IMG/VR virus record: IMGVR_UViG_3300033128_000043
Location: 15,639-79,638 of that record
Length of the DNA stretch: 64,000 nt
Origin: a virus
Direction: 5' to 3' (one strand)
Positions 47,228 to 56,165 of this stretch are shown here, piece after piece. Made by a program: the position numbers and the translations under genes. The first letter of the stretch is position 1. Each line of letters begins with the position of its first letter. The notes beneath the pieces are model-generated. The model saw only the letters and a program-made list of their open reading frames with translations. It made no database searches and was not told where the DNA came from.

Positions 47228-47494
47228 ATGAAAAGAAAAGTTTCTGAGGTAAGTAGAAAAGAAAGATCAGATAAAAAAATTAGAGTAAATGCTGCCTTAC
47301 CTAAAGAAGTTCATGACAAATTGAAGAAGTTAGCCATTGCTTGTGATAAAGATAAGACTCCACTGGCGGCAGAAATATTAGAGATAGCATTAAATAATGA
47401 GAGCGTAGTTAATTGGTTCCAAACTAAGTACAACAAGGATGAGGCATATAGAATTATTGTCGTAAAATCAAATGGGAACGTGCACTATAGTTAA
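47228..47494 (+). CDS. Ribbon-helix-helix DNA-binding protein
   Basis: 'KKIRVNAALPKEVHDKLKKLA' beta-strand/helix CopG-like pattern. Confidence 0.65.
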   Translation: MKRKVSEVSRKERSDKKIRVNAALPKEVHDKLKKLAIACDKDKTPLAAEILEIALNNESVVNWFQTKYNKDEAYRIIVVKSNGNVHYS

Positions 47495-47616
47495 CACGTT
47501 CCCCAAGTCTTGCCTATCTTCTTCCAGACTTTTAGGCACCTGGAACAAAGACGACCATTCTCTTTATGTTTGGTAGCTGATACCCTCACCGTTTTATCGC
47601 AATGTTTACATTTCAT
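47491..47616 (-). CDS. Small Zn-finger protein (41 aa; not in ORF track)
   Basis: MKCKHCDKTVRVSATKHKENGRLCSRCLKVWKKIGKTWGTC; RBS GGAGG; two CxxC pairs. Confidence 0.6.
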   Translation of the reverse strand: MKCKHCDKTVRVSATKHKENGRLCSRCLKVWKKIGKTWGTC

Positions 47617-47688
47617 TAGAGACATCCTCCTCAAGCCCTTATACAAGAAGGATGGTCAATTTAACAGCTTTTTAAACGGTCAAAGGGT

Positions 47689-48087
47689 TTAGAAATCAAT
47701 ATCATAGTCTTCTTCGATACTGCCTCTTATTTCAATGTCAGAGAAGTCCTTAATGACTTCTTTTTTATTTACCGGTTCGTTTTCTGGTGCAGCATGACTG
47801 ATATCTACCTGACCTGACTTCAGTGCACTATGAATGTCTTTTGTGAGTTCTCGAAGTGAACTAAGTTCCATACGCATTTCATCTAGTTCCCTTCGAATCT
47901 CTGGGTCAACTAAGCCTTTCCGTGCCTGCATATCCCTTTCAATTAAGGGGAGCACGTATGAGATAAAAGTCTTTCCTTCCATTTCCGCCTCGACATGCTT
48001 GTATACCTCTTCAGATAGGGAGGAGGTGCGGAGATTAAATACGGCGTGCTTTCTTTTCTTGCTGCTGTTTACTTTTTCTCTAGCCAT
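47689..48087 (-). CDS. ParR/Alp7R-like partition adaptor
   Basis: 132 aa; basic N terminus, RHH-like 'VFNLR...SYVLPLIERD', coiled coil, acidic tail 'EEDYDIDF'; same operon as the actin-like gene. Confidence 0.6.
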   Translation of the reverse strand: MAREKVNSSKKRKHAVFNLRTSSLSEEVYKHVEAEMEGKTFISYVLPLIERDMQARKGLVDPEIRRELDEMRMELSSLRELTKDIHSALKSGQVDISHAAPENEPVNKKEVIKDFSDIEIRGSIEEDYDIDF

Positions 48088-48560
48088 TCATCTGGCCGCC
48101 TTTCCAATGCACCCGAAAGCATGGAGTTTCTAAGATATTCCTTAGTACCCTGCAGAGCCCTATCTGAGGTTGTGTTAAGTTCCAATTCTCGCACTAACAA
48201 GTCATCAGCCCAACCATGCATAAATCGAAAGGCTTTAAGTGCCCAATAACACTCAGCCCTTGAGGGAATTTCCCCTTTATCAATGTCCTCTAAGATATCA
48301 CTTAAGTTTCTAAGTTCCGCTGGATCGGATGGCCTTGGATTTGAACTCCAAGTCATAGAATGATCTAGAATGCCCCTCAAATTCTTAGGGTTGGCGGGCA
48401 AGATGAATCTTAAGATATTCTCATCAATTACATCTGTTTTGATGAAGCCATCAACATTCCGCTCTTTTTTATAGGCTAATGAAGACTTAACCTTCACCCA
48501 GCCGTATTCGTGTAATATTCTTAGATTATCTGCTACTTGGTTATATAACAGTTTAATCAC
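48069..48560 (-). CDS. Hypothetical protein within partition operon
   Basis: 163 aa, overlaps both neighbours. Confidence 0.55.
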   Translation of the reverse strand: MIKLLYNQVADNLRILHEYGWVKVKSSLAYKKERNVDGFIKTDVIDENILRFILPANPKNLRGILDHSMTWSSNPRPSDPAELRNLSDILEDIDKGEIPSRAECYWALKAFRFMHGWADDLLVRELELNTTSDRALQGTKEYLRNSMLSGALERRPDEWLEKK

Positions 48561-48756
48561 CCTCCCCTAGGTTACCTAATGTGTCCAGCTCACACAGGAC
48601 CCATTTCAAGGCAAAGTATCGTTCACTAAGTAAATCCATTTTATTAAAATAAGCAGGCTTGTCCAGTTCTCCAGAGGAGTGCTGTGTGATTAGAGTGTAA
48701 AATCCTTGCATAACATCCCGCAACGCAGAACGTACTTCTTTTTCTGATCGCGTCAT
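48553..48756 (-). CDS. Hypothetical protein within partition operon
   Basis: 67 aa, start overlaps the stop of the actin-like gene. Confidence 0.55.
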   Translation of the reverse strand: MTRSEKEVRSALRDVMQGFYTLITQHSSGELDKPAYFNKMDLLSERYFALKWVLCELDTLGNLGEGD

Positions 48757-49916
48757 TTTGAAGCGTTCAGTCTTTTCTGTTCAATGTCACGACTTATGAT
48801 TTCTAAGCCATCAATGTTTAGGGTTCTTGCATTTGGTGGAACGATGTGATTGGCAGAAGCCAAGTCTTTACCGAACATCTCAATTGCAACTTCTTCTATA
48901 TAAGGCTGCAGGATTTCAGCTACTCCTCCGATATAAAGGTACTTGTAGAATGTCCCTTTAGGAATTGGGAATGCCTCGATAGCTTGCGTTATTTTAATCT
49001 TTGCATAATCTTTCAGTGAAGTTTTTATAACATCAGTAAGGTCAGTCGCCTCACCTGTAACCCCATTTATTAACTCCATTTTTTCTTTTTTACTATAGCT
49101 GTATATGAATTTATCCAAACTTCTTAAGTCACTGAAGTGCTCAGCTAATTTTGATTTCCGTAGCTCTTCTAGATGCTGCAGGTAGGAATAATCTGTGAAC
49201 GGAATAAATGAGTCCTTACTTGTTGGAGACTTAAGACCAGGAGGGAGCAATACTGCGTCATCTGTCCCGCCACCCATATCAAAAATAACCGTGTAATGCT
49301 CATCATACTTTTTGGCTTCTTTTTTATCAGCCAAGTCCAGTCCCTTTTTGATACCCATTCGTGCGACTTCAGATTCAATTCTGCATAGAGCCTCTTCCAC
49401 TGTAATGGTGATTTCACTCTCCATACCTAGTGTCAAAATTTTGACTGTGTGAGTGCCCTTAAATCGCTGTGACATTAAATCTTGCATCTCACTAAACTTG
49501 TTCAACTTTTTAAGCAGCCATATAGGCAGCATTGTCTGGAAAAGTTCAATGTGTACTTCGTCAGTATCATCATCTTCTTCATTCAGCTTTTTAAAGAAAG
49601 CCGTTGCAGCTAAAAACATGACAAACGGGATAGGAGATGTCACTTTATTGTGTAATTTATTAATATGGCGATTTCCAAATATGTGGTTGTTGGCGATTTC
49701 TCCTACTAGATAATACTTTTCTTCACCATCAATCTCAGTTGAGATCAACAGTCTATCGATCAAGTCCTTTGGATCATCGATTGAGTTAGTAAAAACTTCC
49801 TCCGATTCTGCCTTAGAGAGCTCTACAACGTTTGTTGGGATTTCAAAAAACACCCCATTAATGTAGTTCATGTACATGGAATTACCCATGTCTGAGTTAA
49901 ATCTTGTTATTTTCAC
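48753..49916 (-). CDS. alp7A: Actin-like plasmid segregation ATPase, Alp7A family
   Basis: Actin motifs 'DMGNSM', 'DMGGGTDD', 'YIGGVA'; 'FQTMLPIWLLKKL.KFSEMQ' and 'CRIESEVAR' recalled from B. subtilis plasmid Alp7A. Confidence 0.85.
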   Translation of the reverse strand: MKITRFNSDMGNSMYMNYINGVFFEIPTNVVELSKAESEEVFTNSIDDPKDLIDRLLISTEIDGEEKYYLVGEIANNHIFGNRHINKLHNKVTSPIPFVMFLAATAFFKKLNEEDDDTDEVHIELFQTMLPIWLLKKLNKFSEMQDLMSQRFKGTHTVKILTLGMESEITITVEEALCRIESEVARMGIKKGLDLADKKEAKKYDEHYTVIFDMGGGTDDAVLLPPGLKSPTSKDSFIPFTDYSYLQHLEELRKSKLAEHFSDLRSLDKFIYSYSKKEKMELINGVTGEATDLTDVIKTSLKDYAKIKITQAIEAFPIPKGTFYKYLYIGGVAEILQPYIEEVAIEMFGKDLASANHIVPPNARTLNIDGLEIISRDIEQKRLNASK

Positions 49917-49949
49917 CTAAATAGCCCCTTTCTGTATTCAACATAACTA

Positions 49950-49978
49950 AATTTATCATTTTGTGCGCACAATGTCAA
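49950..49978 (-). promoter_or_regulatory. SigA-type promoter of the partition operon with palindromic operator in the spacer
   Basis: TTGACA-N17-TAAATT with TG extension; spacer contains the palindrome TTGTGCGCACAA. Confidence 0.65.
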
Positions 49979-50064
49979 TATCATGTATACACTTTTAACC
50001 CTTAATAATAAAAGATTATGTGCGGTTTTTGTCTATTTTTGTATTCATTAAATTTCATGTATAC

Positions 50065-50097
50065 AAAAACCCCATCAAGATAGCTGACGGGGTTTTT
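50065..50097 (-). terminator. Terminator at end of methyltransferase gene
   Basis: AAAAACCCCATCA-agatagc-TGACGGGGTTTTT. Confidence 0.7.
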
Positions 50098-50902
50098 CAT
50101 TAATGGAATTTAGTCTAACATTTGCAATGTCTACATATTCTTTAGCAATTTCAAAGCCTATCCAGTCTCTGTTATTCAAGCTGGCCATTTTAGCAGTAGT
50201 TCCAGAGCCCATAAAAGGGTCTAAAATAACGTCTTTTTCTTTTGACCATGACAAGATATGGTCGTTTGCTAATTTCTCAGGGAAAATCGCTGGGTGCTTG
50301 TACGCAATGGAATCTAAGGTGCTTTTTTGATGTCCGTTAGGTATACGCCAAATGTTAAATCTGACACCATACTCCTTAAGTAGATTCTGTTTTCTATGTT
50401 CGACTTGCTCCCCATCAACAGTACGAAACCTACCCTTGATATGTTTTTTGCCATTAAAGCATTTATTCTTTCTATCAGACAACAGGTTGACTGTCTTTGG
50501 TTTACCTTTAGAGAAAACGAACATATACTCAAATATTTGATAGTAACGAGTCTTCTCTGGGAAGCTGATACTGTCTTTTTCATAAAGCATAGTGTCATGT
50601 AAGTTAAACCCTTGTTCCATAAAGAATAAGGCTTGTTTAAATGATGTTCCTGTTTCAGATCCTTTGTGTACTTTATCCCCAACTACCCATACGACTACTC
50701 CACCTTCTTTTGTAACACGGAAGAGTTCTTTTGCCACTTGTTCAAAATCAAAAGAATGTCCGTGATAGTTTCGAAGATCGTCATATGGCGGTGATGTCAC
50801 AGTCAAATCAACACAGTTGTCGGGCAATTCTGCAAGGCCTATCAAGCAATCAGTGTTGTGTATTTTATTCAGTTCAAGGGTACCTATTGATTTATTAACC
50901 AT
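50075..50902 (-). CDS. DNA amino-methyltransferase (N4-C/N6-A, beta class)
   Basis: Motif IV 'VTSPPY' precedes 'HPAIFP' and motif I 'DPFMGSGTT'. Confidence 0.9.
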   Translation of the reverse strand: MVNKSIGTLELNKIHNTDCLIGLAELPDNCVDLTVTSPPYDDLRNYHGHSFDFEQVAKELFRVTKEGGVVVWVVGDKVHKGSETGTSFKQALFFMEQGFNLHDTMLYEKDSISFPEKTRYYQIFEYMFVFSKGKPKTVNLLSDRKNKCFNGKKHIKGRFRTVDGEQVEHRKQNLLKEYGVRFNIWRIPNGHQKSTLDSIAYKHPAIFPEKLANDHILSWSKEKDVILDPFMGSGTTAKMASLNNRDWIGFEIAKEYVDIANVRLNSINEKPRQLS

Positions 50903-50926
50903 ATTGCCCTCCTAGTAGGGTGATTT

Positions 50927-51664
50927 TTAAACATACACCTGGAATACCATTTCAACCTCTGTTTCGGAGGTCTTGGCAACGCTAGGTGAAGAGGTACTGC
51001 TGCTGTTTACTGCATTAGATAATGGCCGACTGCTGCGCATAGGGGTTGGCGTTGTTAGAAGGACCTTACACGCCTGCACTGAGTCTTTTTTATACTTCTT
51101 TGAAGCAGGCTCAGATAATTTTGCAACCACTTTGCTGATGTTCCCATAAAGGTAAACTGATTTATCTTTTTTGGTGTAGAACCCTTTAACAGAAAAGCCT
51201 TTTCGTAATGAATCATATGTGACTACATACTTTTCGCCTGCAGTAGTCTCGAATGTATATGGCATAGCGCTTCGTACAAACTCATGTTTTGTTGCTTTAC
51301 CTCCTGTAACTTCATACACGGAGAGTGATTCTACATCTGTTAGAGATAGAAGCGTCTTTTTACCTCCACATGAACTAGCAACAGCAACGGGCTTAGGTGC
51401 CAAGTCACTGAAATCACCTTCAAAATCAATACAATGCATGCACCGCTCAATTGACTCCATAACCGTAACGAAGTTCAGATTGTCGAAGCTGAAGTTAGTC
51501 CGACTTAATTCATACGCCTGCTGCTCCAAATATTCCACTTCAATCCTTAGCCGGCACTTAGTTACAGAGTCGCAATCAGCATTTTCAATATCTACCCGCA
51601 TCCTGCTGATAGCTTCTTCAAGGGTTACCATTTCTTCGTATAAGTCACCAAATTTCACACCCAT
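50927..51664 (-). CDS. Hypothetical protein with N-terminal helical hairpin
   Basis: 245 aa ORF with RBS GAGGTG. Confidence 0.6.
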   Translation of the reverse strand: MGVKFGDLYEEMVTLEEAISRMRVDIENADCDSVTKCRLRIEVEYLEQQAYELSRTNFSFDNLNFVTVMESIERCMHCIDFEGDFSDLAPKPVAVASSCGGKKTLLSLTDVESLSVYEVTGGKATKHEFVRSAMPYTFETTAGEKYVVTYDSLRKGFSVKGFYTKKDKSVYLYGNISKVVAKLSEPASKKYKKDSVQACKVLLTTPTPMRSSRPLSNAVNSSSTSSPSVAKTSETEVEMVFQVYV

Positions 51665-51673
51665 AAAGACACC

Positions 51674-52711
51674 TCACTTTTTAGGGGCTTTTGTTGGGTC
51701 AAGTGTCCATTTAACCCAATCATCCACATCTTTTAATGTTTTAGCATTCCAATACTCTCTGGACTGACGGAACATTTTTCGAACGTCCTTATTCCATTCA
51801 GATTTTAGAGTTCCTTTTTTCCCCTTGTGCCAGATAGAAGGGAGGGTGGTATAACCCACTTTCATTGGAATCAAAGCGTACCGGTTAAAAACTTTTAATT
51901 TATCTAACTTTGCTTCTAGCATCTTGAACGTAACCTCATTTGGGTAAAGTGGGTGAGGAGGGGCGTTACCACCTTTTAATTTCTGTCTTTCATCAGATAC
52001 TAGAACAAGGCTGTTTTCCACAGGCTTGCCGTTAACAATAGACTTATCAATGACTTTATCTATTGTTTTGTAGATACAAGTCATTCCTGACTCTGGCCAA
52101 GAAGATCCACGTGCCCATTTACCGCGATTGATACGGCTAATTGCATTAGACAAATCAGCAATATTTTTTGACTTGTTTAATTCAATAGTCCAGAAAACAG
52201 GGCGGTTACGGGGAGGCTTATTTTTATCCGTTGGATCGGTGTAAGCAACCATTGAAACTTTACAAGGGATCTTGGCAAGCTTTGCATATCTCTCTACCTC
52301 ATTAGCAAATGCAACTAATAGTTTCCTAACCCTTCCACCTTTTTCAAGACCCCCTGCTTCAAACATGGAGTCAGAGGTATCCAGCACAAGGATTAAATTG
52401 ACTCCTGTCACTGTAACCGGTGGCTTCCACGGGTCTGGTTTAGGCTTTGGAAGTACTTGTGGCTTCCCTGTATAGGATGGCTGCACGCATTCTCTGATAC
52501 ATTCCCGCAGCTTCACAAAAAGGCTGTCCAAATTCTCTCCTGACTCTAGATCAGCCTGCATGATGCTGTCCCTTATATCCTCTAACTCATCAACGTAAAA
52601 CCTCAAAGCGTCTACTGAGTATGGATGTCCGTGAGACATTCCTTTTCTTAAATCTTTAATTGTCGCGTCAATCTCACGCATATAACGCATAACTGTTTTT
52701 AACTGCGTCAT
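51674..52711 (-). CDS. von Willebrand factor A domain protein with N-terminal helical hairpin
   Basis: MIDAS 'LILVLDTSDSM', 'MVAY', 'LVLVSDE'; Pro-rich linker. Confidence 0.7.
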   Translation of the reverse strand: MTQLKTVMRYMREIDATIKDLRKGMSHGHPYSVDALRFYVDELEDIRDSIMQADLESGENLDSLFVKLRECIRECVQPSYTGKPQVLPKPKPDPWKPPVTVTGVNLILVLDTSDSMFEAGGLEKGGRVRKLLVAFANEVERYAKLAKIPCKVSMVAYTDPTDKNKPPRNRPVFWTIELNKSKNIADLSNAISRINRGKWARGSSWPESGMTCIYKTIDKVIDKSIVNGKPVENSLVLVSDERQKLKGGNAPPHPLYPNEVTFKMLEAKLDKLKVFNRYALIPMKVGYTTLPSIWHKGKKGTLKSEWNKDVRKMFRQSREYWNAKTLKDVDDWVKWTLDPTKAPKK

Positions 52712-52775
52712 TTATTGCACACCTCCCAATCAAAAGCATTATAAGAAGGGTGCGCCGATTAGACACACCCTTTTG

Positions 52776-52991
52776 TTATAGTGGAGATTTTGCTATTTCT
52801 AATGTAGGCTCCATAAGCTCCCGACATTTTTCATTTACACAGTGCATGTCGGTACACACATGATATCCTTGAATGGAGTAGTACTCACTATTTTCTGTAA
52901 TTTCGTTTCCGCAGATTGGGCAAGTTCCCATCACAGCAGGTGCCTTTGGAGAGCTAAATTTCCATTCATCATAACCTGGTATAGGTTTCAT
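52776..52991 (-). CDS. Small Zn-finger protein
   Basis: CPICG...CTDMHC; ATG 52991 overlaps the upstream stop (ATGA). Confidence 0.6.
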   Translation of the reverse strand: MKPIPGYDEWKFSSPKAPAVMGTCPICGNEITENSEYYSIQGYHVCTDMHCVNEKCRELMEPTLEIAKSPL

Positions 52992-53155
52992 GATCCGCAG
53001 CCACAACCAGCTCTAAGTGCTCGATTGTACGTATTACCGTCACCTAGTTTTTTCGCCTTCTCAATAGCAGACTTAGCAGAAATAGCTTCAATATTTACTT
53101 CAACTTCTCGGCCTTCTTTATCGTATCCAGTAACAGTGTAAGTTCTAATAATCAT
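52988..53155 (-). CDS. Small hypothetical protein ending GCGCGS (55 aa; not in ORF track)
   Basis: MIIRTYTVTGYDKEGREVEVNIEAISAKSAIEKAKKLGDGNTYNRALRAGCGCGS; RBS GGAGGT; coupled to next gene. Confidence 0.65.
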   Translation of the reverse strand: MIIRTYTVTGYDKEGREVEVNIEAISAKSAIEKAKKLGDGNTYNRALRAGCGCGS

Positions 53156-53173
53156 GTGATTACCTCCAGTAGC

Positions 53174-53229
53174 TTAATCAATTAAATAATTTATTTACAA
53201 ATAGATTAATCTATAAATTAATTAATCTA
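53174..53229. repeat. 8-bp-periodic AT-rich array
   Basis: TTAATCAA TTAAATAA TTTATTTA CAAATAGA TTAATCTA TAAATTAA TTAATCTA. Confidence 0.6.
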
Positions 53230-53611
53230 TTTCTTGATTTGTTAATTCCTCAACTTTCTTTTCAGCCAGCAACAATCGCTCGATTAAAGCGTAAAAATCC
53301 AAATCATTGAGGATCATAAAATCTTGACCATCCCCGAAACCCACAACATAAAGGGGTATTTTCCGTTCTCCGATAGCTTCTAGACGCAGCTTGTCAAAAA
53401 CATCTCTATGGATTGTACGTTGCTTTGCAGGGGTAGCTTTGTCTTTTGCTTCTACCAGGAACATCTTGCTTATTGCATCCCCTTTTGCATACCAGCGGGA
53501 ACCCGAACCACTTACCTTTTTGGCTAAGTCACCAGAATTAGTTAGTCCTGAAGCTATTCGGTTACTTTGTATCTTGTCGATGTTTCTATAATTCACTCTA
53601 GGTCTATTCAA
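53222..53611 (-). CDS. Holliday junction resolvase-like PD-(D/E)xK nuclease
   Basis: 'SGSGSRWYAKGD...LVEAK' motif, downstream of recA. Confidence 0.7.
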   Translation of the reverse strand: MNRPRVNYRNIDKIQSNRIASGLTNSGDLAKKVSGSGSRWYAKGDAISKMFLVEAKDKATPAKQRTIHRDVFDKLRLEAIGERKIPLYVVGFGDGQDFMILNDLDFYALIERLLLAEKKVEELTNQEID

Positions 53612-53625
53612 TTACTGCACCGTCC

Positions 53626-53832
53626 TTACTCAATGTAAGTGTCTAATAAAGCCTTCAACCCTTTGATGACTACAGGTCCTGTATTTCTTGTTTCAGCGGG
53701 CAATGTACGGGGGATATCCAATTTGTAATCTGCGTCACAGCGCGTACATCTAATCAGCAATCGATTTTCAGTCAGTGGTGCCCAATAACCTAGCGCCACA
53801 CATCTAGGGCAATACCTAATCAAAGTATTCAC
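53626..53832 (-). CDS. Small Zn-ribbon protein
   Basis: CPRC...CTRC. Confidence 0.55.
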   Translation of the reverse strand: MNTLIRYCPRCVALGYWAPLTENRLLIRCTRCDADYKLDIPRTLPAETRNTGPVVIKGLKALLDTYIE

Positions 53833-55028
53833 TCCTCAACCGAAAGTACTGTGGACTTAATTTCTTCCCATTCCTCGATTACTGAAAGGGGAGTCATGCC
53901 ACGTAGAGCATAAGTAAGCAAGTAGTCAAACTTTGCATAATCCTCTTTATTTTCAAGGAGATGTTTTTGGAAATTAGCCTGCCCTTGTTTCTGAAATACC
54001 TTTTGTCCTGTAGAAACATCCACTAGACTTAACCAAGTACCGGTAGTAACTATTCCATGATTCTGTGCCACTTGTATCGCGTTCCCTAGAAGATCAAGTC
54101 CCTTACCATAGTAAAAATCAACTGAGGCAGTAGAACCGTAGAGCCCACCCACTTTTGATTTCATTTGACGGAATTTTATACGTTGCCCAATATACGGGGA
54201 TTCCCCTGTATTTTCTTTTTGATGGTTGTATTTCTCATTTTTGAAGTCTGCACCAAGCGTGCGGGTAACTGCTAAACGTTGCGCTGCAGTAAAACGTACT
54301 TTACGTCCTCCTGGTGTCTTATCAGGGTCTTCATACAACCCAGCGCCTATATTGTCACGCAACTGATTTAGTAGAATTAAATGCCCTTGAGACTCCATAA
54401 GAAGCCCGCTGTCTACGATTACGCGCAAAAATTTAGACATGAAGTTAGATATCCCACCAACACGTGAATCCTTGCCCCACTTCTTAGCATCTTCACCTTC
54501 ATTTTTGGAAACTAAAGCCCCTATAGAATCAACACCGATAATGCCAATTCGATCTTTAAGGCTTGGGTTGCGGAGAAAGTACTCTATCTGCTCTGCAATA
54601 TCCTCTGCATACAAGTTAACTCCGTCTTTAGGTGCTATAATCATTACCTTTGAAGTATCTACACCTATAGACTCCATATGTGCCCTTGCATCAGAGGATG
54701 AGTTTTCAGGGTCTGCTATGATGTGGATATCATGAAATCCAGATGGGTGGCTCCTCTGAGCTTCTGCAATAACTGCATATAGCAATGTAGATTTACCTGC
54801 GTTATTTTCCCCTGCTATTTCACTTACCCTACCACCTGCAAGACCACCACCTAAAATACTATCCAGAGACAGTATCCCCGTAGAGTACCAAATTTTTGGC
54901 ATATCTTTCTTATATTCAGACAGCCTTTGCGCGGCATTGTTCTTAAACTTCTTACTAACCTCATCTTCAAGGAGCTTGAGAGCGTCCTCTGTACTCAAAT
55001 CACCACTGACGGATGCTTTTCTAGCCAT
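53829..55028 (-). CDS. recA: RecA/UvsX-like recombinase
   Basis: 'STGILSLDSILGGGLAGGRVSEIAGENNAGKST', 'IGVDSIGAL', 'LNQLR', 'TPGGRKVRF'. Confidence 0.9.
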   Translation of the reverse strand: MARKASVSGDLSTEDALKLLEDEVSKKFKNNAAQRLSEYKKDMPKIWYSTGILSLDSILGGGLAGGRVSEIAGENNAGKSTLLYAVIAEAQRSHPSGFHDIHIIADPENSSSDARAHMESIGVDTSKVMIIAPKDGVNLYAEDIAEQIEYFLRNPSLKDRIGIIGVDSIGALVSKNEGEDAKKWGKDSRVGGISNFMSKFLRVIVDSGLLMESQGHLILLNQLRDNIGAGLYEDPDKTPGGRKVRFTAAQRLAVTRTLGADFKNEKYNHQKENTGESPYIGQRIKFRQMKSKVGGLYGSTASVDFYYGKGLDLLGNAIQVAQNHGIVTTGTWLSLVDVSTGQKVFQKQGQANFQKHLLENKEDYAKFDYLLTYALRGMTPLSVIEEWEEIKSTVLSVEE

Positions 55029-55041
55029 AAGTATCTACCTC

Positions 55042-55662
55042 CTAGTCCTTACGTATAAAGCCGGTAACGACAGTGATGTTGATGTTGTCGTTACGCAATT
55101 TCTCTAATTCAGCTTCTGTAAATCCTTCATCTACCACTACACCGCCGGAAAGACCGTCTAGATAACCTTTTTCAGCCTCTTTTTGATCAACCACATGGGC
55201 ATCCCTTTCCTCCTCACCAAAAACTCCCCTATAAGCGCGTCTATCTTTAACCAGCACAGTGAAGTTATGGGCCTCTGCAAAATCAAACAAAGCTGTACTT
55301 TTACCGGTACCTCGTAAACCTTCTGTTGTAGTAAGCAGCTCTTGGTTTTGTCCAGCAGCTAGAAGAAGTTTTAACCATGAGCTGTAAGCTTTATGAATCC
55401 AGGAACCGCGGTTAGATGGCTCAAGTACCTTGTAGTTCCCATTGTCAATTGCCCAATCCCTATCTTTAAAATTACTTTCAAATCGTGCATGGACTAGGTC
55501 TCTCTCTACATATTTAACAACTCCATACTCGCCTTTACGGAAATAATGGTCATGCCCCGCTAGTGTATAGAGTAGTACACCCTTTGTTGGCTCTCTATCA
55601 ACTTCCGCATACTCACGGAGTATGCCTAACGTTTTATCCTTAATGAAATGAGCTTTTCTCAA
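55042..55662 (-). CDS. Hypothetical protein with C-terminal P-loop
   Basis: 'GLRGTGKST' Walker A and 'VVVDE' Walker B-like motifs. Confidence 0.55.
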   Translation of the reverse strand: MRKAHFIKDKTLGILREYAEVDREPTKGVLLYTLAGHDHYFRKGEYGVVKYVERDLVHARFESNFKDRDWAIDNGNYKVLEPSNRGSWIHKAYSSWLKLLLAAGQNQELLTTTEGLRGTGKSTALFDFAEAHNFTVLVKDRRAYRGVFGEEERDAHVVDQKEAEKGYLDGLSGGVVVDEGFTEAELEKLRNDNINITVVTGFIRKD

Positions 55663-56165
55663 TTTATTTCCTCCTTATAATCACCGTAAATTGTATCTTT
55701 CCTTACATTTATCAATTTCGCTCCGCAGCATTTTGATCTAAAGCGTTGAGGGCGTTTCAATATAGATAAGTTGTCTCCAACAGCATGCTTATTGCACGCT
55801 TCGCAGTCGTAGCGAACAACAGGACCAAATATATAAGGACCTGTACCAGAAGAACTTATCCCGTGCTTACACAATTCCTCTTCAAAATAAGCATCCCCGT
55901 CATTGTATGGCTTACCCAACGTATACATGGCATAGTGGACTAGTTCATGGCGTAAGCAGTCTATCACATCCGATCTGCTCCCATAATCCATAAATTTACC
56001 GCTGATCTCTATATCCAACGCGCCGTGTTTTTTATTGAAACTGAACCAACCGAGGGTAGCTTTTAATCGATTGTTGCGTTTGATGGGAATGTCTAAAGTA
56101 AGGTTATAGGCCTCTTTGAGGAATTGTTCTGCCTCTACAGTCATTTCCTCAACTGTGACACTCAT
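55659..56165 (-). CDS. SprT-like zinc metalloprotease
   Basis: 'NNRLKATLG', 'LRHELVHY', C-terminal CEAC...C ribbon. Confidence 0.8.
   Translation of the reverse strand: MSVTVEEMTVEAEQFLKEAYNLTLDIPIKRNNRLKATLGWFSFNKKHGALDIEISGKFMDYGSRSDVIDCLRHELVHYAMYTLGKPYNDGDAYFEEELCKHGISSSGTGPYIFGPVVRYDCEACNKHAVGDNLSILKRPQRFRSKCCGAKLINVRKDTIYGDYKEEIN

Noticed and set aside
52776-52800. Extra copy of the CCACTA promoter box
   Set aside because: It lies within the end of a coding sequence and lacks GCAAC at the 16-bp spacing
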